Assembly: GCA_937906485.1 (NCBI GenBank)
Contig: CALCYB010000083.1
Span: 1 to 55,864, forward strand
Direction: 5' to 3'
Source: an uncultured Rikenellaceae bacterium
GTDB taxonomy: Bacteria > Bacteroidota > Bacteroidia > Bacteroidales > UBA932
Length of the DNA stretch: 55,864 nt
The translations under genes and the position numbers were made by a program. The notes under the pieces are model-generated. The model ran no database searches and was not told the origin of the DNA. It was given only the letters and a program-made list of their open reading frames with translations. Shown piece by piece: positions 1 through 9,872 of this stretch; the stretch's first letter is position 1, and each line of letters begins with the position of its first letter.

Positions 1-889
1 GTCATCCGGCGCATGCTGTAAGCCAACGAAAGGGTCACACTCATCGCCAGTCCTTCCGGAACCGCCACCACAATCAGGGTCACGGCTATCATAAAGAAGG
101 AGAGCAACATTTCAAAGGTCTCCATCGTCCAGTCAAAAGGCTTGCCTTGTACCACAAAATCCAGCACGCACAAGGCCAGGAAAGTCGTACCGGCCACGAT
201 GAAACTGATTTTGCTGATGATGCCGCTCAATTTGTCCAACTGTTGGTTCAGCGGGGTCTGTTGTCCGGTCAACTCCGTCGCCTGACGTGCGGTCTTGCCG
301 ATTTCAGTCGCATCCCCGACTGCAAACACTTCCATCACACCGGAACCCTCGGAAACCGTCGTTCCACGATAGATCTTGTTCGGTGCATAGGCTCCTTCAA
401 ATTCAAGCACTTCGCCCGGTTTCTTTTCGGCAGGCACCGATTCACCGTTCAGGGTGGACTCGTTCACCGACAAACTCATGGCGTCCACAACCACACCGTC
501 GGCAGGAATCTCATCCCCTTGCTCCACAATCACATAATCCCCTACCACAATCTCGGTCTTGGGAATCATGACCACATTGCCGTCACGATAGACCTTCACC
601 AGCACCGAGTCATTGATCTGGTTCAACACATCAAACTCTTTGGCGGCGCGGTACTCGTTGATAAAAGAAAGGAAAGTAGCCAGAAAAACAGCAATCAGGA
701 TACCGAAACTTTCAGCAAAGGAGCCGTGGAAATAGCCGGTGATGAACGACAGCAAGGTTGCAAAGAGCAACAACTTGATGATCGGATCGTTGAATTTCTG
801 TAAAAACAGCTTCCAGGCAGGAATCCGCTCGGCAGGTGTCAGGGTATTTGCCCCATGTTGCTGACGGCTTGCCAATACCTGTTGCTCAT
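1..889 (-). CDS. Cation-transporting P-type ATPase (P2 / Ca2+-ATPase-like), N-terminal ~296 codons; the rest runs off the left edge
   Basis: Absent from the ORF track because it is open at the window edge. My minus-strand translation from ATG 889..887 reads MSNRYWQAVSNMGQIPLTPAERIPAWKLFLQKFNDPIIKLLLFATLL...LNGESVPAEK...VAVPEGLAMSVTLSLAYSMRRM. It has a TGES-like actuator motif (NGES) and the PEGL motif of transmembrane helix M4. The + ORFs 147..803 and 287..571 are antisense shadows. Confidence 0.8.
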
Positions 890-3550
890 TTAAGCCTTGG
901 TAAGTTTGCATAACTGATCTTTTAAATTCGTAATCTTGGTCATAGCGTCCGATTCTTTCTTGCGCTCCATGTTCACCACTTGTTCCGGTGCATGGTTGAC
1001 AAACTTCTCATTGGACAATTTTGCCCGAACTCCTTTCAAAAATCCTTCCAGACGCTTGATTTCTGCCTCGATCTTTGCAATTTCTTCCGCTTCGTCAATC
1101 AGACCGGTCAACGGAACACGGAATTCCAGCGTACCGACCATGAACGAAGCACCGGCTGCCGCTTCATCGTCAAAAGCCGCTGCAATGACACATTCCGACA
1201 GGTTGGCCATCCGGGTAACGACCGGCATGATTTCTTGCGGGAAGTTGCCTTTGATCACCAGTCTCAAGGCATCTTTCGGAGACAAGCCCTTGCTCTGGCG
1301 CACATTACGCATAGCGGCAATAACAGCCGTACCCAGATCGAAACGTTCGATCAATTCAGCATCATAAGCCTCAGGCTGGGGCAATTGGGCCAACATGATG
1401 GTTTCCCCTTCCTGACGCGGCGACAAGTTTTGCCACAATTCTTCGGTGATGAACGGCATGATCGGGTGCAGGAGTTTCAACAAGGTATCGAAGAAACCGA
1501 TGGTCGCATCGTAGGTCGACCGGTCGATGGGTTTGCCGAATTCTGGTTTGATGATTTCCAGGTACCAGGCGCAGAAATCATCCCAGAAGAGCTTGTACAT
1601 CGTCATGAGCGCATCGCTGATGCGGAATTTCGCAAAATGGTCGTTGACCGTTTCCATCGTACGGAAGAGCTTGTTGCGGAACCAATCCACCGCCAGACGG
1701 GAAGAAGCCGGTTGTTCCAGGTCTTCCACCGCCCAACCTTGGACCAGACGATAAGCATTCCAGATCTTGTTGCAGAAATTACGGCCTTGTTCCACTTGGG
1801 ACTCATCAAAGAGGATATCGTTGCCGGCGGCACTGCAGAGCAACATGCCCAGACGGACACCATCAGCACCGTATTGGTTCATCAGCTCGATGGGATCCGG
1901 TGAATTACCCAGGGATTTGGACATCTTCCGGCCGAGCTTGTCACGGACCGTTCCGGTCAGGTAAACGTTCCGGAAGGGGACTTCTCCACAGAACTCATTG
2001 GCCGCCATAATCATACGGGCCACCCAGAAGAAGAGGATATCCGGAGCGGTAATCAGGTCGTTGGTCGGGAAATAATAGGCCAGCTCGGCATTCGGCTCAC
2101 GGTCCGGGCAACCGGCCTTTTCGGGATCAAAGACCGAAATGGGCCACAACCAGGAGGAGAACCAGGTATCCAGCACATCTTCGTCCTGATGCAGGTCCGA
2201 AGCCTGAACGGAGGGATCCAATTCCCGTGCAGCAGCCAACGCCGCCTGTGCATCCGTTTCTACCACAAAACGTCCGTCCGGCAGGTACCAGGCCGGAATC
2301 TGTTGTCCCCACCACAATTGACGGGAGATGCACCAGTCACGTACATTTTCCATCCAGTGACGGTAGGTATTCTTGAACTTGTCCGGAATCAGACGGATCT
2401 GGTCAGATTCCACCCGCTGCAGCGCGTCTTTGGCCAAGACGTCCATTTTCAGGAACCATTGCAGGGAAAGACGGGGTTCGATGACGGCATTGGTCCGTTC
2501 CGAATAGCCGATCTGAGAACTGTAATTTTCTTCCTTTTCCAGATGTCCGGCTTCTTCCAGCATCTTGACAATCTTCTTGCGGGCCACGAAACGGTCTTCT
2601 CCGACCAGGATTTGTGCCTTGTCGTTCAGACAACCATGCTCATCAATGATGTCCAGCACCGGCAGACGGTGACGGATACCGATTTCGTAATCATTGATGT
2701 CGTGTGCCGGTGTCACTTTCAGACAACCGGTACCGAAGTCCATGGTCACGTAATCATCCTCAATGACCGGAATCTCGCGGTTGATGAGCGGAATCAGGAT
2801 CTTCTTGCCACGCAAATGGTGATAACGGGGATCTTCCGGATTGATGCAGACAGCCGCATCCGCCATGATGGTTTCCGGACGGGTGGTTGCGATGACAATG
2901 TACTCGGAAGTCGCCTGACCGTTTTCACTGATGAAATAGCGCAGGTAATAGAGTTTGGACGGGGTTTCCTTGCGGATCACTTCTTCATCGCTCACCGCCG
3001 TAAGGCTTTGGGGATCCCAGTTGACCATCCGCACTCCGCGGTAAATCAATCCTTTCTTGTAAAAATGGACAAAGGTCCGGATGACCGCACGGCTCAAGGG
3101 TTCGTCCATCGTGAATTTGGTCCGTTCCCAGTCACAGGAAGCCCCCAGTTTCTTGAGTTGTTCCAAAATGATGCCCCCGTGCTTTTCTTTCCATTCCCAG
3201 GCATGCTCAAGGAACTGCTCACGGGTAAGTGATGACTTGTCAATCCCTTCCGCCTTCAGCTTGGCCACCACCTTGGCTTCCGTAGCGATGGAAGCATGGT
3301 CGGTTCCCGGCACCCAGCAGGCATTCTTGCCCGTCATACGCGCACGGCGCACCAGCACATCTTGAATCGTATTGTTCAACATGTGTCCCATGTGCAACAC
3401 ACCGGTCACATTCGGAGGAGGAATCACAATGGAATAAGGTTCCCGTTCATCCGGTTCAGAATGAAAAAATCTGTTTTTCAGCCAATAGGCATACCATTTG
3501 TCTTCTACTTCCGCCGGATTATATTTTGCGGATAATTCATTGCTTTTCAT
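890..3550 (-). CDS. valS: Valine--tRNA ligase
   Basis: Class I aminoacyl-tRNA synthetase signatures HMGH (VLHMGHMLN) and KMSKS ([10 protein letters not shown]), ValRS-like length and a C-terminal coiled coil. The track start at 3559 is TTG. ATG at 3550 ([12 protein letters not shown]...) is the more likely start. Confidence 0.97.
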   Translation of the reverse strand: MKSNELSAKYNPAEVEDKWYAYWLKNRFFHSEPDEREPYSIVIPPPNVTGVLHMGHMLNNTIQDVLVRRARMTGKNACWVPGTDHASIATEAKVVAKLKAEGIDKSSLTREQFLEHAWEWKEKHGGIILEQLKKLGASCDWERTKFTMDEPLSRAVIRTFVHFYKKGLIYRGVRMVNWDPQSLTAVSDEEVIRKETPSKLYYLRYFISENGQATSEYIVIATTRPETIMADAAVCINPEDPRYHHLRGKKILIPLINREIPVIEDDYVTMDFGTGCLKVTPAHDINDYEIGIRHRLPVLDIIDEHGCLNDKAQILVGEDRFVARKKIVKMLEEAGHLEKEENYSSQIGYSERTNAVIEPRLSLQWFLKMDVLAKDALQRVESDQIRLIPDKFKNTYRHWMENVRDWCISRQLWWGQQIPAWYLPDGRFVVETDAQAALAAARELDPSVQASDLHQDEDVLDTWFSSWLWPISVFDPEKAGCPDREPNAELAYYFPTNDLITAPDILFFWVARMIMAANEFCGEVPFRNVYLTGTVRDKLGRKMSKSLGNSPDPIELMNQYGADGVRLGMLLCSAAGNDILFDESQVEQGRNFCNKIWNAYRLVQGWAVEDLEQPASSRLAVDWFRNKLFRTMETVNDHFAKFRISDALMTMYKLFWDDFCAWYLEIIKPEFGKPIDRSTYDATIGFFDTLLKLLHPIMPFITEELWQNLSPRQEGETIMLAQLPQPEAYDAELIERFDLGTAVIAAMRNVRQSKGLSPKDALRLVIKGNFPQEIMPVVTRMANLSECVIAAAFDDEAAAGASFMVGTLEFRVPLTGLIDEAEEIAKIEAEIKRLEGFLKGVRAKLSNEKFVNHAPEQVVNMERKKESDAMTKITNLKDQLCKLTKA

Positions 3551-3570
3551 TTTTATCAAAAATTAACCTG

Positions 3571-3578
3571 CAAATTTA
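3571..3578 (-). promoter_or_regulatory. Bacteroidetes -7 promoter box TAAATTTG for valS
   Basis: The reverse complement of caaattta matches TAnnTTTG and lies 20 nt upstream of the valS ATG. Confidence 0.45.
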
Positions 3579-3587
3579 ACAAAATGC

Positions 3588-3595
3588 TATCTTTG
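3588..3595 (+). promoter_or_regulatory. Bacteroidetes -7 promoter box TATCTTTG for the DUF3467 gene
   Basis: tatctttg matches TAnnTTTG and lies 33 nt upstream of ATG 3629, divergent from the valS box. Confidence 0.45.
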
Positions 3596-3628
3596 TGCCA
3601 CAAAAATTGATTAAAAATTCTAACAATC

Positions 3629-3946
3629 ATGGAAAACAAAAAGAACGAAGCAAAAATCAATATTGAGATCAGCAAGGACATCGCCAAAGGCACCTATTCC
3701 AACCTGGCCATCATTTCCCACAGCCAGACCGAATTTCTGGTGGACTTTGCCCAACTGTTCCCGGGCATTCCCAAAGCGGAAGTCGTATCCCGCGTAATCA
3801 TGGCCCCGGAACACCTGAAAAGACTGTATTTTGCGCTCAGCGAAAACATCCGCAAGTACGAACAGGCTCACGGTGAAATCCAACTCAACGGCAACAAAAA
3901 CAACATTCCCTTCGGCGGTTTCGGCCCCAACACCCCGAAAGCCTGA
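3629..3946 (+). CDS. DUF3467 family protein
   Basis: 105 aa. The core YSNLAIISHSQTEFLVDFAQLFPG...VSRVIMAPEHLKRL is typical of this small conserved Bacteroidetes family. Recognised from memory, not searched. Confidence 0.75.
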   Translation: MENKKNEAKINIEISKDIAKGTYSNLAIISHSQTEFLVDFAQLFPGIPKAEVVSRVIMAPEHLKRLYFALSENIRKYEQAHGEIQLNGNKNNIPFGGFGPNTPKA

Positions 3947-3965
3947 TCACTCTGCTGCACTTCCA

Positions 3966-4832
3966 ATGAATGGACTTATGGATGACAGACTTACGGATTG
4001 CAAAATCTCACTGGCAGGTGCCGGCAACCTGGCCTTCCGGCTGGCCATCGCCCTGGCCGAGAACGGCATACCGATCCAATACGTTTGGAACCGCTCCCCT
4101 GAACGGGGCGAAAAACTGACCAAAGCCCTGGAACGCAACGGTTCCGCTACCCGCTACACCCAGCATCTGACGGACTTGACCGAGTCGGACATCATCATTC
4201 TGGCCATCTCCGATGATGCCATTGCCCCGATGGTGGAGCGACTCGCCCGGGAGTTTCCGAGCCATTGCCGCCCGATCATCCTGCACACCAGCGGGGCCAC
4301 CCCCTACTCCGTCTTCCGCCCTTTGGAAGAAGCCGGATTCCGTTGTGGCGTTTTCTATCCGCTCATGACCTTGAGCCGGACCAAAAACGTCAATTTCATG
4401 GAAATTCCCCTGCTGTTTGAAACCCCGGATCCGACCGTCCGCCAATGGATGGCCGACCTGGCCTTTGCCCTGAAAGCCGAATACCTGTTCTGTGACTCCG
4501 ACAAACGGTTAAGAATGCATACAGCAGCCGTATTTGCCTGCAACTTTGTCAATTATATTTTAGGACTGGCCTTCGAAGTGGCCGGAAACAGCCATACGTT
4601 CCTGATGCCCCTGGCCTGGGAAATGCTCCGCAAAGCCTTTCTCAAAACGCCCTGGGATGCACAAACCGGACCTGCCATCCGGGGCGACCGCACCACCATC
4701 GAAAAACACCTCCAGCTCCTGCAGCAACTGGGCCTGCCGGAAGAAGAAGAAATCTATCGTCTGTTGACCGAACGCATCGCACAACGCTTCAACTCCGGTG
4801 CCACCGGCTACTATCCGGATCCCTCAAAATAA
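3966..4832 (+). CDS. Rossmann-like NAD(P)-binding / DUF2520 domain protein
   Basis: N-terminal dinucleotide-binding loop ISLAGAGNLAFRLA and a C-terminal DUF2520-like LHTAAVFACNF...TGPAIRGD...HL. The track ORF starts at 3831 and overlaps the upstream gene. ATG 3966 (MNGLMDD...) fits better. Confidence 0.7.
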   Translation: MNGLMDDRLTDCKISLAGAGNLAFRLAIALAENGIPIQYVWNRSPERGEKLTKALERNGSATRYTQHLTDLTESDIIILAISDDAIAPMVERLAREFPSHCRPIILHTSGATPYSVFRPLEEAGFRCGVFYPLMTLSRTKNVNFMEIPLLFETPDPTVRQWMADLAFALKAEYLFCDSDKRLRMHTAAVFACNFVNYILGLAFEVAGNSHTFLMPLAWEMLRKAFLKTPWDAQTGPAIRGDRTTIEKHLQLLQQLGLPEEEEIYRLLTERIAQRFNSGATGYYPDPSK

Positions 4833-4846
4833 CCTGAAACAGCCTT

Positions 4847-5419
4847 ATGCCGAACTACAACTATAAATGCAAATTACATCAGATCAAAGCATTGGCACTG
4901 GATGTCGATGGCGTACTGACCGATGGACTCATCCTCTCCCTCCCCAATGGTGACCTGCTGCGTACCTTCGAAAGCAAAGACCGTATGGGTATGCGCATGT
5001 GGATCCTGAAAGGCCATCCCATCGCCATCATCACCGGAGGTGTCACCCAAAGCATTTCCACCTATTTTGAAAACCTCGGCATCCCGACCCATTGCATCTA
5101 CCAACGTTCCCGCAAGAAACTGCCCATTTTCCTGGATTTCTGCGAGCAACACGGCCTTCAACCCGAAGAAGTGGCCTATGTCGGCGACGATCTGCCGGAT
5201 ATTCCCGTACTGCAACGTTGCGGACTGGCAGTATGCCCTTCGGATGCAGTCACCGAAGTCAAAGACGTCTGCGATTATGTATCCCTCTATCCCGGTGGAC
5301 GGGGATGTGTCCGGGACCTGATCGAACAACTGATGAAGGTCAAGGGGCAGTGGGAACTGGACTTGGACGCCTATGATGCTGTCGTAACGAAAGACACCTT
5401 CATTCCTGGAACAAGATGA
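4847..5419 (+). CDS. kdsC: KDO 8-phosphate phosphatase (HAD superfamily, YrbI family)
   Basis: HAD motif I LALDVDGVLTDG, then DRMGMRMW...AIITGG and GDDLPD. Confidence 0.8.
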   Translation: MPNYNYKCKLHQIKALALDVDGVLTDGLILSLPNGDLLRTFESKDRMGMRMWILKGHPIAIITGGVTQSISTYFENLGIPTHCIYQRSRKKLPIFLDFCEQHGLQPEEVAYVGDDLPDIPVLQRCGLAVCPSDAVTEVKDVCDYVSLYPGGRGCVRDLIEQLMKVKGQWELDLDAYDAVVTKDTFIPGTR

Positions 5420-6015
5420 TACTCAACGAACTCATCCGGCCCTGGCACGTTATCCTTGCCTCCGCCTCTCCCCGCCGTCAGGAACTGTTAAGGGGGTTGG
5501 GTATTGAATTCGAGATCGATACCCGTTCCAATACCGACGAAAAATACGACCCGGAACTGCCCAAAGCCCAGGTCGCCGAATTCCTTTCCCGCCTCAAATC
5601 CGAAGGTTTCCATCGTCCACTGACCGACAACGAACTCCTGATTACAGCAGACACGGTGGTCTGCATAGACAATCAGGTACTGGGCAAACCCAAAGACCGG
5701 GCAGATGCCGTGCAGATGCTCCAATCCTTGTCCGGACGCAGCCACACCGTCTATACCGGTGTCACCCTCCGCACCGCCGCCCGGATCCGTTCTTTCCGCG
5801 TCGGCTCCGAGGTCTTTTTCCGTGAAATTACAGACGAAGAAATCAATTATTACATAGACAATTACCGTCCCTACGACAAGGCGGGAGCCTATGGCATCCA
5901 AGAATGGATCGGATACGCCACCATCACCGGGCTGAAGGGTTCCTATTTCAATGTAATGGGACTGCCGGTACAACGGCTTTACGATGAACTGACCTCGTTC
6001 CTGAGCCAACGATAG
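5416..6015 (+). CDS. maf: Maf-like nucleoside triphosphate pyrophosphatase
   Basis: ILASASPRRQELL...ADTVV...GKP...KAGAYGIQ motifs. Its ATGA start overlaps the kdsC stop. Confidence 0.9.
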   Translation: MILNELIRPWHVILASASPRRQELLRGLGIEFEIDTRSNTDEKYDPELPKAQVAEFLSRLKSEGFHRPLTDNELLITADTVVCIDNQVLGKPKDRADAVQMLQSLSGRSHTVYTGVTLRTAARIRSFRVGSEVFFREITDEEINYYIDNYRPYDKAGAYGIQEWIGYATITGLKGSYFNVMGLPVQRLYDELTSFLSQR

Positions 6016-7949
6016 ACTTCCAGGAACTCCAACCAATCTTCTCCGGCCACCTCTTCCAGACGCTCCAGCGAAAAATCAGGTGCCTTCATCAGTTCACGCA
6101 CCTGCTGCTCAATGCGTTGGTCCCGCTCGCTGCGTTTTTCTTCCACCAGGGTGCCATCCGCGGCCTTTTTTACGCCCCGCTTGATGCACAAGTCACAGAC
6201 CCCACAATCCCGGCTCTCGGTCTGCCCGAAATAAGACAACAGGCGACGGCTGCGGCACGGAATGGAACGGAAGGTTTCCCCACCCTGCTCATCCGCATAA
6301 TCCAACATCGCCCGCATCCGGTCTTCGAAGAGTTTCTTGCGTTCCGAATAGACCTTCCGGGAGAGGTAGAAATTTGCCGGTACCAGCCGTTCATTGTTCA
6401 AATGCAGCAAAGGCGTCCGCTGACGGGGCCGGTACTGGATGATGTGCATCCGGGAAAGTTCCATCAGACGCTCGTGCACTTCCGGACGGCTCAGGAGCGT
6501 CACCCGTGCAATCTGCTCCTGGTCAATGCGCACCATGTGTGAAAACAACGCCGGATACATCCGCATCAGCGCTTTCACAAACGCATCAATGTCCTGACGC
6601 TTCAACTGAATGTGGTACAGTTCTTCACGGTCAATGACAAACTGGATCCGGGCAGGATTGTCCAACTCCTCGGTCAGCGTCCAGTAACCGCACATCTCTA
6701 TGTATTTGATGGCATAATACGCCATGGAGGCCTGCAGCCGGTAGCGTCGTGAGAAATCCATCCAGTCAAAGGCCAGGGTCATCCCCTCTCCCTCCTCAAA
6801 AGACAAGTCCAGGTAATTGAATACCTTCTGATAGATATCCTTGATGTATTCCGGTTCCGGAAAGGAGACCTTGAAAATCTGGTTCAGCCGTTGTTCATCC
6901 TTGCCGTTGTACAACAGTACGGCAAAGGCCTTCTTACCGTCCCGTCCTGCCCGACCGGCTTCCTGAAAATAGGACTCCAAGGATTCGGGCACATTGAAAT
7001 GTACCACAAAACGCACATCCGGCTTGTCAATCCCCATCCCGAAAGCATTGGTCGCCACGATCACCCGCAACTCCCCTTTCTTCCAGGCCGTCTGCTTGCG
7101 GTTGCGCTCCTGCTGGGGCATCCCTGCATGGTAGAAATCCGCTGCAATTCCTTTGGCATTCAGAAAATCAGCCAGTTCCTCACATTTCTTCCGTTCCCTC
7201 AAGTACACAATACCCGAACCGGCAACCCCGTTGCACACCCGAAGCAATTGCCCGAACTTGTCTTCCACACACCGGACCACATACGCCAGGTTGGGTCGCT
7301 CAAACCCGGATCGGATGACATTCGGATGACGGAACTGCAGATTTGTCATGATTTCCTCTGCCACCTTCGGCGTCGCTGTCGCTGTCAACGCAAGCACCGG
7401 CACACGATGCCCGGCCACCTCGTCCAACAAGGGACGGATCTGCTGGATCTCCAGGTAATCGGGGCGGAAATCATACCCCCATTGGGCAATGCAGTGCGCT
7501 TCGTCTACGGCCAGCATAGAAACCTCCATGCGCTGCACCCGCGTCCGGAAGAGTGGTGTCTTCAAGCGTTCCGGAGAAAGGTAGAGAAATTTATAATCCC
7601 CATAGACGGCATTGTCCAAAGCCACATCCATCTCGTGCGAGGACATGCCCGAATGCACAAGCAACGAACGTATTCCTCTGGCATTCAGGTTCTCCACCTG
7701 ATCCTTCATCAAGGCAATCAAGGGAGAGACGACCAGACAGATGCCCGGCCGCATCAAAGCCGGCACTTGAAAACAGATGGATTTTCCACCTCCCGTCGGC
7801 AAAATCGCCAGCACATCCTCACCCGCCAATACCTGTTCCACAATCTCCCGCTGCATGGGCCGGAAAGCCGGATATCCCCAGACCTGTTGCAACACCTGCT
7901 GCGGGCTTTTTTGTTCCATTTCCATCTCGCAAACTTTTGTCTTTGTCAT
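5979..7949 (-). CDS. recQ: RecQ-family ATP-dependent DNA helicase
   Basis: FRPMQ, Walker A PTGGGKS, DEAH box (VDEAHCIAQWGYDFRPDY) and QEAGRAGRDG. The 3' end converges on and overlaps maf by 37 nt. Confidence 0.9.
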   Translation of the reverse strand: MTKTKVCEMEMEQKSPQQVLQQVWGYPAFRPMQREIVEQVLAGEDVLAILPTGGGKSICFQVPALMRPGICLVVSPLIALMKDQVENLNARGIRSLLVHSGMSSHEMDVALDNAVYGDYKFLYLSPERLKTPLFRTRVQRMEVSMLAVDEAHCIAQWGYDFRPDYLEIQQIRPLLDEVAGHRVPVLALTATATPKVAEEIMTNLQFRHPNVIRSGFERPNLAYVVRCVEDKFGQLLRVCNGVAGSGIVYLRERKKCEELADFLNAKGIAADFYHAGMPQQERNRKQTAWKKGELRVIVATNAFGMGIDKPDVRFVVHFNVPESLESYFQEAGRAGRDGKKAFAVLLYNGKDEQRLNQIFKVSFPEPEYIKDIYQKVFNYLDLSFEEGEGMTLAFDWMDFSRRYRLQASMAYYAIKYIEMCGYWTLTEELDNPARIQFVIDREELYHIQLKRQDIDAFVKALMRMYPALFSHMVRIDQEQIARVTLLSRPEVHERLMELSRMHIIQYRPRQRTPLLHLNNERLVPANFYLSRKVYSERKKLFEDRMRAMLDYADEQGGETFRSIPCRSRRLLSYFGQTESRDCGVCDLCIKRGVKKAADGTLVEEKRSERDQRIEQQVRELMKAPDFSLERLEEVAGEDWLEFLEVYRWLRNEVSSS

Positions 7950-7959
7950 CCGTAATCGC

Positions 7960-7967
7960 TATCTTTG
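7960..7967 (+). promoter_or_regulatory. -7 box TATCTTTG, possibly for pckA
   Basis: Matches TAnnTTTG on the + strand, ~190 nt upstream of the pckA ATG. Confidence 0.3.
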
Positions 7968-8013
7968 CGGCGCCTGCTGAAAACTTCAGATCAGGCCCGT
8001 GCCGATCTGCTGA

Positions 8014-8021
8014 CAAAGATA
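8014..8021 (-). promoter_or_regulatory. -7 box TATCTTTG for recQ
   Basis: The reverse complement of caaagata matches TAnnTTTG, 64 nt upstream of recQ ATG 7949. Confidence 0.4.
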
Positions 8022-8158
8022 GCAAAAAAGCATCTGTGGCAAAAGATTTGCAGGAGTACGAAAGGCCGCCAAAAACGGTCAAAAGCAAAACAAGAACAAT
8101 ATAAAACAACAATAATTAGTTAATTACAAATTCATATTTATTTAATCCTATTCAAATT

Positions 8159-9763
8159 ATGGCAACTATTGATTTGAGCAAGTACGGGATTCAAAATGTA
8201 GCCGAAGTGGTTTACAACCCGGATTACGACACGCTTTACAAAGCAGAATTGGACCCGACTCTCGAAGGTTATGAAAAAGGTCAACTGACAGAACTTGGTG
8301 CAGTCAATGTGATGACAGGTGTATACACCGGCCGTTCTCCCAAAGACAAATTCTGGGTAATGGATGACATCACCAAAGATACCATCTGGTGGACTTCCGA
8401 AGAATACAAAAACGACAACAAGCCGGTGACTCCGGAAGCTTGGAAGACCTTGAAGGACATCGCAAGCAAAGAATTGTCAAACAAAAAATTGTATGTAGTG
8501 GACACTTTCTGCGGCGCTAACGAAAATACCCGTCTGAAAATCCGCTTCATCATGGAAGTGGCATGGCAAGCCCACTTTGTGAAGAACATGTTCATCCGTC
8601 CCACTGAAGAAGAACTCGCAGCTTACGGAGAACCTGACTTCGTGGTATTGAATGCTTCCAAAGCAAAAGTTGAAAACTACAAAGAACTCGGTCTGAACTC
8701 TGAAACCGCAGTGGTATTCAACCTGACTGAAAAAATGCAAGTCATCATCAACACCTGGTACGGTGGTGAAATGAAAAAAGGTATGTTCTCATACATGAAC
8801 TACCTCCTCCCCTTGAAAGGCATCGCTGCCATGCACTGCTCTGCCAACGTAGGCAAAGACGGTGACACCGCTATCTTCTTCGGTCTGTCAGGAACCGGTA
8901 AGACCACCCTGTCCACCGACCCCAAACGCCAACTCATCGGTGACGACGAACACGGTTGGGACGACGACGGCGTATTCAACTTTGAAGGTGGTTGCTATGC
9001 AAAAGTCATCAACCTCTCCAAAGAAAACGAACCTGACATCTACAACGCCATCAAGAAAGACGCTTTGCTGGAAAACGTAACCGTAGATGCAGAAGGCAAG
9101 ATTGATTTCGCGGACAAGAGCGTTACCGAAAACACCCGCGTATCATATCCGATCTACCACATCAACAACATCGTCAAACCCGTATCCAAAGCAGGAGCTG
9201 CCAAGAAAGTGATCTTCCTGACCGCTGATGCATTCGGCGTACTGCCTCCGGTATCCAAACTGACTCCTGAACAAACCCAATACTACTTCTTGAGTGGATT
9301 TACCGCAAAACTCGCAGGTACAGAACGTGGTATTACCGAACCGACCCCGACCTTCTCGGCTTGCTTCGGTGCCGCATTCCTGTCACTCCACCCGACCAAA
9401 TACGGTGAAGAACTCGTTAAGAGAATGCAACAATCCGGAGCAACCGCTTACCTGGTCAACACCGGATGGAACGGAACCGGCAAACGTATCTCCATCAAAG
9501 ATACCCGCGCCATCATCGACGCTATCCTCGACGGTTCCATTGACAAAGCAGAAACCATCACCATTCCGATGTTCAACCTGGAAGTTCCCACTGCACTGCC
9601 GAACGTGGACACCAACATCCTCGATCCTCGCAACACCTATGCTACTGCGGCAGAATGGGAAGTGAAAGCAAAAGACCTTGCCGGACGTTTCGTGAAGAAC
9701 TTCAACAAGTTCACCGGAAACGAAGCAGGAAAAGCGCTGGTACCCGCAGGTCCTCAACTGTAA
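8159..9763 (+). CDS. pckA: Phosphoenolpyruvate carboxykinase (ATP)
   Basis: 534 aa with the kinase-1a loop [13 protein letters not shown]. The family is recognisable along the full length. Confidence 0.97.
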   Translation: MATIDLSKYGIQNVAEVVYNPDYDTLYKAELDPTLEGYEKGQLTELGAVNVMTGVYTGRSPKDKFWVMDDITKDTIWWTSEEYKNDNKPVTPEAWKTLKDIASKELSNKKLYVVDTFCGANENTRLKIRFIMEVAWQAHFVKNMFIRPTEEELAAYGEPDFVVLNASKAKVENYKELGLNSETAVVFNLTEKMQVIINTWYGGEMKKGMFSYMNYLLPLKGIAAMHCSANVGKDGDTAIFFGLSGTGKTTLSTDPKRQLIGDDEHGWDDDGVFNFEGGCYAKVINLSKENEPDIYNAIKKDALLENVTVDAEGKIDFADKSVTENTRVSYPIYHINNIVKPVSKAGAAKKVIFLTADAFGVLPPVSKLTPEQTQYYFLSGFTAKLAGTERGITEPTPTFSACFGAAFLSLHPTKYGEELVKRMQQSGATAYLVNTGWNGTGKRISIKDTRAIIDAILDGSIDKAETITIPMFNLEVPTALPNVDTNILDPRNTYATAAEWEVKAKDLAGRFVKNFNKFTGNEAGKALVPAGPQL

Positions 9764-9812
9764 TCTACATCCGTTCAAGAACGTGAGGCATCACGTTCAG
9801 TAACAGAACGAC

Positions 9813-9854
9813 AAAAAAACTGACCTTAACAGTTCACTGCTAAGGTCAGTTTTT
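9813..9854. terminator. Bidirectional intrinsic terminator between pckA and the GLUG gene
   Basis: A 9-bp stem ctgacctta/taaggtcag (9820..9828 and 9841..9849) is flanked by an A-run on the left and a T-run on the right. A second 8-bp hairpin gaacgtga/tcacgttc lies at 9779..9798. Confidence 0.75.
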
Positions 9855-9872
9855 ATTTGATGCCGGACGCCA

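Noticed and set aside
147-803. A 218-aa + strand ORF at the left edge.
   Set aside because: It is the antisense shadow of the P-type ATPase gene. The translation is His/Arg/Gln-rich with no recognisable motifs, while the minus strand gives clear ATPase motifs.
2189-3232. Long ORFs opposite real genes, for example 2189..3232, 6891..7955, 10488..11306, 13076..13933, 14099..14842, 17518..18297, 20048..20971, 23043..23741 and 37224..38381.
   Set aside because: All lie antisense to confidently identified genes in G+C-rich DNA, where stop codons are rare. Their translations are low-complexity (R/H/P/Q-rich) and motif-free.
5979-6015. A 37-nt convergent overlap of the maf and recQ 3' ends.
   Set aside because: This is an ordinary tail-to-tail overlap. 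There is no sign of frameshift or fusion.
7958-8023. A 10-nt inverted repeat gctatctttg / caaagatagc between recQ and pckA, which looked like a possible inverton.
   Set aside because: Each arm is simply a TATCTTTG -7 promoter box pointing toward its own gene (divergent promoters). No recombinase is nearby.
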